Shown: in pieces, positions 48,946 to 61,479 of the stretch
Position numbering within the stretch: position 1 is the first letter of the stretch
How the letters are laid out: each line of letters begins with the position of its first letter
Source of the DNA: Marsupella aquatica
Taxonomy: Eukaryota; Plantae; Marchantiophyta
Assembly (NCBI GenBank): GCA_973895155.1
Contig: OZ316899.1
Span: 5,955,241-6,019,240 of the forward strand
Direction: 5' to 3'
DNA: 64,000 nt
The notes under the pieces: model-generated
What the model was told of the DNA's origin: nothing
Databases searched by the model: none
The model's input: the letters and a program-made list of their open reading frames with translations, nothing else
Made by a program: the position numbers and the translations under genes

Positions 48946-51900
48946 GTGGTGGAGCACCCTAATCCATCAGATGAGGCCGAGTGCTACCGCGTGTCAACAA
49001 GAGCCAAGCGGAAGGAAGAGAAACAAGAGGAGAAACGCCGGAAAAAGCAAGATACTATGCCGGTGCAGCCAGCGATAGATATACCCCCGGAGAAGGACGA
49101 TGACTATCGTCGGGACAACCCAAAGCTATTTTAACCCCGCATTGAAGAGTTGGTAAAGAAACAGTTGGAGGCCTACGAAGCACAATAATACCAAAAGGCA
49201 ATCGATAAGGACATCAAAGCAGCCGAGGCCGCCCAACGACAGGAGCAAGAAAAGCGGGAGGAGGAAGCCAAGCAGCAGCCAAAGGAAGAAAAGAAGGAGG
49301 ATTACGATATTAAGAAAGACGTGAAGAGTTGCCCGGTTACAGCAATGGTAGGGAAACTGCTGCAGAACAATCCTCAGTGCCGATGGCAATTGAGGGAGTT
49401 GCTCATGGGTTGGCGACGGAGACAACTACCATGAGTTGGGATTGCGGACTGCAACATGATATGCGAGGACCTAGGAGCGCTGGACATCTCGATTGAGATC
49501 AATAATTGTACCATCAAGATGGTTCTTGTGGACGGGGGAGCGGGAGTCAACATCATGACTGAGGAAACATCAATCAAGTTGGGGTACCTCACGTATCAAC
49601 CCACAGCGCGTGCTATCAGGTTAGCAAATGGGGCCAGGGTCCTTCCATTGGGCACACTTACCAAGGTGCTCACTCTTGTAGGAGGGGTGGATTTCTATCT
49701 CAATTTTGTAGTCATGAGGCTGGTTTGGCCATCCTCTTATCCGGTCCTTCTGGGCAGGCCTTGGCTGTACAAGGGCCGTGTAGTCACGGATTGGGGAAAG
49801 GAGCTGCGATTCGGAACACCCACGGTACGAGTATCTTGGGCAATGGATGATTATCAGGGTGAAACCCCACAGTGACCCGAGGAATACAATTCGGAGACCT
49901 CGGAGGAGGAAGAGCTCAACATGATAGAGCTCATCTTGTCCCTTTTCCGAGGAAGATGTTTTTGGAGTGGAAGCAACACAAGAAACCCATCTCATGAACT
50001 ACCCGAAAGAGGATATACCCGACATCACCCCAAGTTCCTCCGACGCCTTAGTAGAGGTACAGTCCAACCAGGTCATCAGCACGGAAACCACGAAGAGTAC
50101 AACTACAGCAAAACAGGGAGCCGATGTCACAATCACGAGTGATGACTCTCCTAGTCATGGGCCTATCAGCCCATTGACCAAAGCCAAAATTCCGATGACC
50201 AAGCACAAAAAACGAGTGTCATGGGATCCCTCCATTTGGCAAGAAGAAGAAGTAGTCTCGACCCCGGAGCCGATCCCGACCGCACCAATGTACGGAGGAG
50301 TTCGCCTAGCAGAGGTAGATGCTAGCCTGGATCCTAGCCTGCGGAACCAAGTGGAGGTCATAAGGAAAGAACACTACAGGAAGTATACCATCGGGATGGA
50401 TAAGACTTTCAACTTAGGTCACGTCTTAACAGGCGAGGCAGAGAAATCTATCCAATCACTACTTAGGGAGTATAAAGACGTGTTTGCATGGAGCCATCAT
50501 GACCTGACTGGAGTCTCCCCCGAGTTAGGAGAACATACGATTGATTTGAACTTAGGAGCGCACGCTGTACGACAGCGCCAGCGTCGCATGAACCCGAGAT
50601 ATTCCATCTTGGTAAAAGAAGAGATTGATCGTCTCCTAGCCGTGGATATCATCTACCCGGTGATGGCTAGTGATTGGGTGTCCCCTATTGTCATTGTTCC
50701 AAAGAAGGGAGGAACGGATGGAAAACCTAAAATCTGCATCTGTTAGGACTATCGTAAGCTGAACGACACTACCAGAAAAGACCACTACCCGTTACCATTC
50801 ACGAATATGGTTCTGGATATGGTAGCCTGAAACAAAATTTATACATTCCTTGATGGTATTCGGGCTATAATCAAATATGGATCCGCCTTGCAGATCAACT
50901 TAAAACAATGTTCACTACGGAATGGGGGACATTCACATTTCGGAGAATGTCGTTCGGGCTGTGTAACGCCCCGGCCATGTTTCAGCGACTCATGATGAAT
51001 GTCTTCCATGATTTCCTACGGGAATTTCTGGAAATATTTATCGACAACTTTGCCATCTTTGGGACCGTTGCCATGCACCCCAAACATCTATGGCGTATGC
51101 TACAACGATGCCGAGAGGTTAATCTCAAGCTACATCCCGCCAAATGCTTTTTTGGGGTAGAGGAGGGAGTGCTACTTGGGCATCGTGTGTCCAAATGGGG
51201 TATCAAGGTGGACCAGGAGAATGTCGTGGCCTGGATGGCGGTGGTGTTCCCCGTAGATCAAAAGGCGGTACGTTCCTTCTTGCGCTGCGTAGGGTATTAT
51301 TGCCGACTCATTAAAGATGTTGCTAAAATTGTGCTCTCCCTCACGGAGATGATGAAGAAAGATGTTGCAATCGAGGAGATGCCACGGAGATGGATTGCTT
51401 TCGAGGAACTCCGGCAGGCGACTCATCACAACACTCATCATGGTTACCCCGGATTGGAATAAAGAATTCCATGTATACGTTGATGTTTCTGGTTTCTACA
51501 TCGGGTCCGTACTGAGCCAGCTTGACAAAGACGGTCGTGACCACCCCATCTATTACGCTAGTTGTCAGTTATTCGCGGCAGAGAAGAATTACTCCCCCAC
51601 CGACCGAGAGGCTCTTGGTATTATCTACTCGGAGGATTATCTTGAAATTCCGACAATATCTGCTCGGATATAAAGTCATCTTCCACACAGACCATGATAG
51701 TTTGAAGTATATGGTAAACAAAGCGGATGTGATGGGACGGATAGCCTGGTGGGTGCTACTCCTCTAGGAATTCAACTACAAAGTTTGGGTTTGGCCAGGA
51801 AAGGCACACCTCAACGCCAACTTCTTTTCAAGGCTGGACGACGTACCTGTTGATCAGTCAATTAATGATACTTTTCCGGATGAGGAGTTATTCCACGTAG

Positions 51901-53159
51901 GGGCGGGAATGCCTACCTGGTATGGCTCAATGATCACCTTCCTCTTAACAGGCCGCATCCCCGAAGGGATCAATCAGGAGGCTGCCGCTGTGTTTTTACG
52001 GAAGGTCGGGCCATATATCATGATACAAGGACACTTACACAAGGAAGGAGTTAACGAGAGGCTACGGCGCTGCCTAGAATACAAGGAGACTCTCATCGTT
52101 ATGCGAGCCCTGCACGAGGAAGAAGCTAGAGGCCATTTTGCAGCCATCACGACAGCCCAAAAGATCTTGGATTTGGGATATTGGTGGCCTACGTTGCATA
52201 GAGATGTACAACGCTTTATCAAGGGATGCGATTTGTGCCAACGGGCTGGTGCCCTGAGGAGAGCCCATAACCACCCCCTCACTTCTGTGCTTCCGCTAGC
52301 ACCATTTGAGAAGTGGGGCATTAATTACATTGGGCCTTTCACTCCAGTTACCCAAAGATGTAGATGCAGGTACATCGTGCTAGCCATCAACTACTCCACT
52401 AAATGGGTCAAAGCACGAGCTACGGTAAAGGACGACGCCGCAACAAGCGTCGGGTTCTTATATGAACAAATTTTTACTCGCTTCAGGCCACCTCTAGAGC
52501 TAGTCAGCGATCGGGGAACGCATTTCATCAATGACACCATCGCGCGCCTCACGGAGCGATACCTAGTCAAGCACCACAAGACCACCCCGTACCACCCAAA
52601 GGCAAATGGGCCGACACAGAGAGAAAATGGTATTATTGGGAAAATTCTCAACAAAACCGTAGCCGCGCATAAGACCGATTGGGATGACAAATTATATGCT
52701 ATTTTTTACTCATACAATTTGGCGTACAAGACTACCACAAGTCACAGTATGTACTTCCTTGTGTTCGGGCAACATTCGTTGGTCCCAGTCGAGTTTGAAA
52801 TCCAGACACCACGAGTTAGCATCCGGGATCGTTTATCCCAAGCCGATAGTTCCTCGGATAGGGCTTACCAGATTGAAGCCCTAGAAGAAGCTCGACTACT
52901 AGTAGCCAGGCACGCGGGAAAACAGCAAGCAGCTTCCAAGAAGCAGCACAACAAGGGACTACGGAAGGTAGATGTTGTGACGGGCGACCTGGTCCTTCTA
53001 TACGATAGTAGGTACATGCAATTTTTGGGGAAACTTCATACTCGCTGGCTGGGCCCGTTCTTGGTCAATCAAATCTACCCAAATGGATCTCTCGACCTCG
53101 CAACGTACGTCGGCGATTTACTTCCCACGCGAGTTAGTTACGATTGTGTGAAGAAGTAG
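48946..53159 (+). pseudogene. pol: G3 end of gag plus pol: protease, RT, RNase H, integrase
   Basis: LVDGGAGVNIM...VLLGRPWL; WVSPIVIVPKK, MSFGLCNAP, IFIDNF; FHVYVDVS, TDHDSLKY; H..RGHF...CDLCQR, LVSDRGTHF, KLHTRWLGPF. Stops and frameshifts. Confidence 0.95.
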
Positions 53160-53212
53160 CATCACCAGGACGATGACGCCAATAGTGATGTTTGCGAGGA
53201 TGCTTCACAATT

Positions 53213-53222
53213 AAGCAGGGAG
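53213..53222 (+). other. Polypurine tract of G3
   Basis: AAGCAGGGAG followed by CTA|TGTGA; same context as the G2 PPT. Confidence 0.7.
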
Positions 53223-53581
53223 CTATGTGACGCCGCCAGCATGGCGGTTAATGATTGATTCGACCTAGTCGTGCTTAGCGTGCCCCTTTAGGAGCACCGT
53301 AGGCCGTAGTTATTAGTATAACGACACTAAGTAGGTAGTACTTATGACTAGGGAATCATTAGTTAATAAGGGGCATTTATGTTTGGGATGGCGGCGTAGC
53401 GCCATTCGTACTCTCGGGTTACAAGCGTGTAAGGGGACACTTCGGGTCCGTATAACAAATTCTTGGAGGCGGCTGCTGACACGCTCTGAACCAGACCCGT
53501 GAGTGGCCAGTACACTATGAGTGTGAAAATCTTGGCCTATTGGAAGGGAGGAGGGGCTGGTCGGACGATAAGCCCTTAGAG

Positions 53582-53588
53582 TATAAAA
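53582..53588 (+). promoter_or_regulatory. TATA box in the G3 LTR
   Basis: TATAAAA about 355 bp into the LTR, followed by a pyrimidine-rich initiator-like stretch. Confidence 0.55.
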
Positions 53589-54129
53589 GGAGGGTCATTC
53601 TCTCGCATTACACTCACACTCCATTCTGCGCGCTAGCTTTGACCTCAGCCACTTCGTCCCTCCTTAGTCACCCACAGTCACTCCTGGATGTCTGTCACAA
53701 TATTGTCTAGTTTGGCCCTTTGATTTTGGCTGCAATTCCTATCCGTAGGAAGTCACTTAGCCAAGTCCTTAGCCAAAGTCAACCCGCGCCGATACGAGAC
53801 CGAATGAGCTTACGAGAGAGCCATTTGTTTAGCCGGCCAAAATCACTATAACCACAACTTTGCCCTCCCTTTTAGAGTGAGCTTTGCCGATTCAATGAAA
53901 TCAGCAAATTCTTCTTTGTCGACGAGAAGTACGTCAGATTTTTGGAAGCACTTCTTCAGCTTCCGGATAAGGTTCACCATCTCCCGGGCACAATAGACTT
54001 GCAGCCACACCATTACGACCATATCCCTGCCCGGGTTCAAGCCTCCATCGACTGTCAGTTTGGCCCTGCTCAAACAAGTGAGACTCCTATCCTAACATCA
54101 CTCGACTTCCCCAGGAACTACTTGAATCT

Positions 54130-56306
54130 CATGGCGCCTCCACCAGTCGCAATTGGCACCAACCCATCCGTGACCGCACCAACACCGCCTCGGCCTCAGC
54201 CAAGTTGATCTCCACCACCAGTAGCACCACCTCTCCGAGTGTGATCCGTGGTAAATGCGGTGAATATTAGCTCTAGAGACAAGGAAGCTCATCCTCCTTT
54301 GAATCGACGGCCGCGGGGTACGACTCAATAGGCGCCAAGCAACCCGACGCCAAGCAACCCGACGCCACTCCAACAAGCCCGAGGGGATAACACGGTGACT
54401 CTAGCGGCCCCGATACCAATACTCACGGCAGTAGAACTACCGCCGCCGGATCGGGGGGTGGGGAGATATCCCCCTCTTCTAGTCACCCCGGGAATCAGTC
54501 TTGGGGTAGAAAGAGAAAGGAACCCGCAGCTATATCCGGGTTGCCTTTAGCCACGGTTGCAGTGGCCAAGCTGACCATGCATTGCATCGGGGAAAACGTT
54601 CACAAGAACATCCTCCGCCCCAAGCATGCATGCTACCTGAAGACCCAAGGGTTTGAGCTCCTTGCCTCTCTCCCTTGGAATGGAAGCAGGTACTACGGGC
54701 AAGATATGACGGAGTTCATTCAGAACTTTGACGAGGCCCGTCAACAAACCCGGGCGCACAAGAGGGTGATGTGTCTCAATGAGGCACGTTTGAAGATGAT
54801 TTTCGGCCTACCCGAGGGGATAAACCGGGTAGAGTCTCGGGCTCCTGGGGGCAAGGGAGCTAAATACCAGTCCTCTAGCTTCCCGGTCAAAGGAGCAGTG
54901 GACAATGGCTTTTTGATGAGCACATACCTCATCTCGGAGGTTGTAGAACGCTTGGAGTTCCAGCGGTATGCCCTCCACATGATGGAACGGGGAAAATGAT
55001 GACGGGGCAAAATATCCGCCACCCAGGTCATACAAGTGGAGAACTTTTGGCCTAGGAAGTGGGCGTCCTTCTTCGTTAAGAAGTTCCACGAGGAGATGGA
55101 GCGAAGAAGGAAGACCTTATACCTTGGTGGAAAGGCGTACTTCGCGAGCCACATCAAAATCATCATCGAGTGGTACGCCCGTTTTGACCGTCGAAGCCTT
55201 CCCTGTAGCAACGAGACGGAATTGACTCCGTCAAAGTGGGTGTTCTCAGCTTAGGAGAGGCGACCGCAGCCAGAGGCCCAAAACCTGGCTATCGCAAGAC
55301 CTATGCCACCGGCCCCGCTACCGCCCCGCCAAGCGTACCCATGGACGCAATTATCGCGACCTTGGAAGCAATCAACCAGGTCAACGCAATCAAAGTCGGG
55401 CCGGCTGAGGCCAGACCTGAACCCAATACTCCAGTGGCGAAGGAAATCCCGTCACCTCCCACGACTACGCAGGAGGACCACCCAGCCCCAGTGGAACTAG
55501 CCCCTTTGACTGACTTACCTCAAGGACTAGATGTTTCCACTCCTACTCCCTCACGGGCTGAGGTCTGCCCGTGCTTGAATCCAGATGGGCATAGTCTGGA
55601 TCACCCGGAACTCTTTGCGCCGGGCACATTTCTAAACGGGTTGTTGGGAGATTTCTCTCAACAAATTGCACGGGATACCGGGGAATACATGGCACGGAAG
55701 GTGGCCTACTTCTTCAACCAGGAGTTGGTTGCGGCTGTAAAGGCAGGACATGCGGAGGCTGAGACAACGGAGAGAATAGAGCAGTACTGGGTTGAATCTG
55801 TCTACCTGAAGGACAAAGTGGCAGCCATGGAGACTGAACTCCAGCAACTACGACCTTAGGTAACGGCCACGGAGGATCAGGTTGCCGAGGCCAGGGCCCG
55901 AGCAGCCTTAGCAGAGCAGGCCGGGCTTGGAAAGGACTTCAAGATCTCACGGCTCCGGACCAAGATTGACGGTTTGAAGGGACAAGCCGTCATTTGGCAG
56001 AAAGATCTGGAGGAAGTTGACTCTCGATCTCAAGCGGACGCAGCCGAGATTGACACCCCAAAGACAGAGGCACGGCTTCAAGGAGAAGTCACGAAACAGG
56101 CCCAGTTGGTGGATAAGCTGACGAGCAACGTCCAGCAACTGGAGGAGGCATGTCAGGAGGCCACGGAAGAGACAGACGCGGCAAAGCGTGAGAACGAATA
56201 TCTATTGGACCAGGTCCAGCTACTCAAGCAGGATGCCGACAGGCTCAGGAGGCAATGGGATAGTCGCTCCCACTCGGGCGGCTCTGGCAAGTGTGCCAGG
56301 CATTAG
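54130..56306 (+). pseudogene. LTR-borne accessory ORF of G3: globular domain, Pro-rich linker, coiled coil
   Basis: ORFs 54541-54999, 55036-55254, 55236-55859 and 55974-56306 are consecutive. LLASLPW...TEF...LEF...RKWASFF...YFASHI. Start position uncertain. Confidence 0.65.
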
Positions 56307-57214
56307 CAGCGAAGTAGGATTAAAATAGAGTTAGGAGTAGCTAAATCGGGCTATAGGGACAAGCGCGTGCCTAGTTAAAGCGGTGCTGCCATACTGTCTA
56401 GCCTGCGTAGATTAGAATCTTCTAATAAGACAAGCCATTTTCTAGCCTGACAACCAGCTTAGGTAGGATCTTAGTTAGTGAATATTTGGGCTCGAGGCCA
56501 CTGTGGTCCTCGACCCTTGGTATTTAGTGCACCCCTGGTTAGAAGCAGGGGGTTTTAGTCTTAGAGTTGGACATCCGCGGTATGTGCGGGGAGTCCCGAC
56601 CTCTGTGAGTGAAAGAGTACCAAGGGGAGGGGGTAGGACTAAGGTTGTTGGGCAAGTGCGGAGCCGGGCTCCGTTGTAGTGTACACCCTCGGCCTTGGAC
56701 CTGTTCATTCAGGAGCTTTTGAGTCAACTAAGTGTACTTGTATGTCCCCTATGTAGTAAAATCCTTTCCCATTATTTCCTTTGTGTAAATCGAGATTGTA
56801 TGCTTGCGTGTGTGCATATGTGTGAATCTTGTGTATGGGTGCCAATGCTTGGCCGAACGCACTACCCGAGCCGTGCACGGGGTGCAGCTTGCGGGTAAGT
56901 GGTTGCGAGCACGGGTTGAGTAACCGTATCATCAAATCCGGATCGAAGGTGGGCAACATGAAGGCTTAGAAGCCCGTAAGCCAGGGTCGATCCCGCTATG
57001 GACTAAGGTACGTTCCGGCGACAGAACATAAACCATACCTAGGAGGTGTCCGTAAATAACAGTAGACGCACTTAGCGCTAGTTTACGTGAGTTAGGTGCA
57101 TTTTGTGTATCCCTCCCTGCCCAAACCCTCATATTTACAAAGGATGTGCGTGTCTAAGCCGAAGCCCGGGTTAAGGCCTAGGTTGACGATGTGACACTAG
57201 CGCCTGGCACTAGC

Positions 57215-57554
57215 GAGGTGTTTACAAAAGACAACAAAATAGGAAACAGGAGTTAATAACAAAAATTGGTAATAGGAAAACAAATTGGTAACAGGAAAAT
57301 GGGTGGAATTTTTTTTTGAATTTTTGTTTTTGAGAAAAAAAAAGTTTTTTTTTCGGTCGACCAGTTTTTTTTGCTAGCACCCAAAGCTAGCCAAAAATGT
57401 TGCATTGTTAATTTTTTTTGAAAATGACATGTTTTAGGAGACATTTTTAAATTGCCATTTTTCCTGGTAACAGTGATTTTTTCTTGGTAACAGCATATTA
57501 AAAACAGGAAAAAAAATTCCTGTTTACCTGTTTCTTGTCTCTGTCGCTATACCC
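57215..57554. mobile_element. MULE-derived MITE, copy 2 (340 bp)
   Basis: Same ends and interior as 33760-34090. 8-bp TSD GCACTAGC/GCGCTAGC with one mismatch. Confidence 0.92.
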
Positions 57555-58032
57555 GCGCTAGCAAAGAGAACTTGGAACATCGCATCATCTCAGATGATGC
57601 GTGTCAAAACAAATATTACTATGTGCATGTGGAGCTTGAAGTTTTCTTCTCAATTACTTAGCGCCAGTCGCTATTATATGTGTGACTCAAAATTTATGTT
57701 AAAAGATGGGTCGATAAGCCTTTCTGGGTAGCTTTGGTTTTATTGCCATATGTAATTCTGTTAGAAAATGACAAGCATTCATTACTGATATGTCACTTTG
57801 TCGTATTTGTAACGGTTTTCTTCAGCACAAATGAATTGAGGCGGCCTCACACTTCTGTACGCCATTTCCAATGGATTCATGAATTGTAATTTCTTGCTGT
57901 CCACCTGGAGACCTCGTGACAATCCTTCTCACAGCTCCTAAGAAATATGATGAAATTTTTGAGGAATATCTTGCCACCAGGTTTGGAATTCTTGGGGAAA
58001 GCATATAGCGAATAGTTATCTCAGGAGAGGAA

Positions 58033-61000
58033 GTGGTGGTTGATGTTTATTTCATTGAAGGAGTTTGGTATTGGAGGTTGTACGGTGGGGTGAAGTATGA
58101 CATCGTTAGTTTGGGGAAATTTGAGGTACCATCCTCCTCAAAGGGGAAGCTCAAAGTCGATTTGATTGACCTTTTAGATAGTAGCGATGATGAAGATTTG
58201 GCGAAGCTTCGTCTTTCTCAAGACAACGTGAAAGTGGAGACGTTCAATGGGCGGACGACCGATTTAGTTGTGTACCGGAGGAGTGCTCTTGATATGATTC
58301 TACAATCAAAAGGCCAGAGTGAGATCTCTAGATTCATGCGAATGAATGATTACCGACTTGAGCAAGTATCAAGCTTGCCTGGCATGTACAATGGGAATAT
58401 TGTTTTCAAACTGCCTCCAGTTGTTGGATTTTTCTCAAAAGGTGAACGCCTTTGGGACATGGATCGGAGCAAAGACTGCTACTATTGGACTCAAATTGTC
58501 ATGACTTCCCCAAATGTTCTCCCAAAAAAGGTGTGGGATTTTGGGAAAGTCTTCTGCACGGGTTCCGTGGAATGTCGTAACAATTCATGTGAGTTCTGGG
58601 CCGAACATAAAAGGAGGAACGCAAAGTTCTGGGCAAGAGTTCCTAAGATTTCTGGTCCGCACGTAGTCCGACAACTCATCCCTGAGGGTGGGATTGTCTG
58701 TCATTATTGTTGGGAGCGCCCATTTTGTGTTGAGTCCTGTCCAGCAATGATGTTCTACATGTACGCGTCTTCCAAAGTTGATGCCAAGTCTACTAAGCAT
58801 ATGTCACGGCTTGCCATTCCCATTGGACATCATAACACTCCTAGCAAGCAAGTTTTTTCTAGAGAGGCAGAGACGGTGGCAAAGATGCACATGGAACAAG
58901 GTTTGACTTTGAATTCGCGTGCAACTATGTCGGGTATGAAGAACACCGTCACCGGGTCTCTTTTTAAGGCAATGTGTGAGTCATCAGTTCAAGACATGAT
59001 CCCAATAGAATAGACAGATTTTTGAATCTCTTCAAGTCATCTCAATGCCTTAGAAATTTGTGAACCTCCAGAGAAGTATTTGTCAAGACCAGAAAGGAAG
59101 AGGTGAATTGGAATTTCTGGTAAGCATGCAGAAGAACATTGCATTCCCATTTCTGCAAAGGTTCTTGTTGTCGGGACAAGGGTCTCGAGATGAGAGTGCA
59201 CACATTTTCAAGATGTCCATTAAGGGTGAAGGCTCTGGTCTGGATCTTCTTTGAAAGATGAGGCTCGGAGGGCCTCTTGAGGGTGCATGGGTAAGTTTTG
59301 ATGTGATGCACCGAATGACAAAGGATTGGCTTACATTTAGTGTCCATGTTTATGACCATAACTATCGTGCAATATTCACTTGCGAGTTGCAAGCAGAAGA
59401 TACAAAATCCCTTGAGAGGGCTTGGCGTTTAATGTTGGAGGTGGCTGATGAGAATGGTCTTCACGATGTCCACATTCATGGTTTTATGGCGGACAATGCT
59501 CAAGCTGGATGGAATGCTGTCAGGAATGTGTTCTTTGGGGGACTTCCTGATCCCAAACGTGAGTGATCAGACGCATTTCACTTCTTCCAATCATTTCGGA
59601 GACACTCAGTTGAAGGCATTCTTGAGGGAAAGTAGGGTGAACATCATTCCCTATGGGATAGGTTGCGGAATGCAAAGTCATTTATCGAGGCATATCGTAT
59701 TTCTAGAGAAATTGATTCTTGGTGGAGGGCAGGGAATTGTTATCCTGGTAAATTATGAATGTTGCAAGGTTGGATTTCTTGGTGGGTTGTCCGATGGCGC
59801 CAATGGGGAAACTTTATTTGATTGGTAAGTATTCTAAACAATCATTAGTTAGCGCTTGGCACTACTCATACAGGTTCAAATTGATCACATGTAGTATTAT
59901 TTCTATATGTTTATTGGCTAGCGCCTGGCGCTATTCAACTCCTATTTCTAACCTTGTTGGATGGATTCTGTAGAGCAAGAGTGCAGAATAAGCGGCAATG
60001 ATTCCAAATTGTGGTGGATCCGAGTCGTCCCACGCGTCGATGATTGCCTGGCAAACAAAGAAGAAGGTTGGAGTCTTTGAAGGGTGTGAAACTGACCAGA
60101 ACAGAGCGATCTCTCAAATTGCAGCCTACACAGCTTACAAAAGAGGATTGAACAGAGGGAATGGTCCAACGGTGTTTGAGCTGGCTTTCCGCTCTACAGA
60201 TCTAGCGGGTTCCCCACGGTTGTTTGAAGAAGCTTCGAACCTTTTCCTTTCCAATGCGGCTGAATTCGATTTGGAAAGGAATTCCCCTTTGAACGGGGAT
60301 GTACATACGCAGTCAGTAAAGAGGAAGGGACATGCTACTGGAAACGTCTTTGCGCAGGACTCCCACAAGCATGACACTATCCTCATTACAACCCCAAACA
60401 CCCGAGGTTTGAAGCGAAGAAATCTCAATAGAACGGAATTCTCTATGATTCTGTCTGAACCAGGTCTTGAGTGCAGTTGTCAATATTTCAGAGAGCAATG
60501 TTTCAAATAGTCTTGAAGAGCGGACACCTCCTCCTCCGATGGAGACGAGGTCATCTGCAACTCCAATTACGCCCCCAGTACATGTGATTGAAGAAGTAAC
60601 CCCGTCCGTGTTGGAGTCCAATGTTCCTTCCGGATCATGGCATATTAGGAGAACTTCAAAGCATGGTGCTGGCCCAGTTTGCAATGGATCCCTTAGAGGA
60701 CAAGGACATTGTGACGAATGTAGAAATTGATTGAAGAAAGTAGGCTACCGGACGTCAAATGGAGTCGTTGGTATCGCAGTTCAAGCTGCGCGACGTTTCA
60801 AAGGGGAACCACATCCAGAACTGATCTAGTTCTGTCCAAATAATGTTTGTTACAGAAGTCATCCTCGAAAAGGTGTGGTGAATGTTCCCCCTCCTTGTGA
60901 TCACTTGCCCGTTGCATTGACTACAAATCTTTCTGCTGTGGAGGTTCAGTTTCTGAAAGACAACGGAATATCGATCGGAGGTGAAGGTGATGGTGTAAGA

Positions 61001-61479
61001 AATGCACCAAGTGGACTAGATCTCTGAATCGATGTCAATGTTTTCCTGGAAAGGATCAATCTACTTCAGTCAACAATTTGCTGTTATCTCAAAATGGGAG
61101 GACGTGCCTACAGAGAGTGCATCTAACTAAGTCGCACTATAAGAAGATTGAGGCTGTTGAGAAAGAAGAAATGAAAATAATCTGTTCCAGGGATGTTGCA
61201 TCAGAAAATGGATGGGGCAAACAATTTTGCATCCAATCACACATTGGTCACCACTCTATCATTGCCTATTGGGTTCAGATTTGTTGCTTCCCGTCCTGTT
61301 CTTGCAAAGATTTCTATTGTCGTCATGCCCACCAAAAACCCTTCTTGCCTTGCAAACATCTGTATTGGATTTATAAGAATGTTTTCAAACTGGACCTCCG
61401 AGAATCAACGTTGTCGAGTCAACCTATACTCACCGTTGGGAAAATACTTCTCTTGTTGGAACGACAGAGTTTAGGGTAG
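58033..61479 (+). pseudogene. MULE transposase: N-terminal GCM/WRKY-like Cys cluster, DDE core, SWIM finger; intron 59825-59973
   Basis: CTGSVECRNNSC...CHYC...C...GHHN; WVSFDVMH, GFMADNAQAG, DAFH, GSESSHA; PSCSCKDF...PCKHLYW. Many in-frame stops. Confidence 0.88.

Larger units (their letters stand above)
53226..57196 (+). repeat. G3 3' LTR (~3.97 kb) containing an accessory gene
   Basis: Starts TGTGAC after the PPT and ends GTGACA, followed directly by MULE sequence. Partly duplicated at 33523-35216. Confidence 0.75.
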
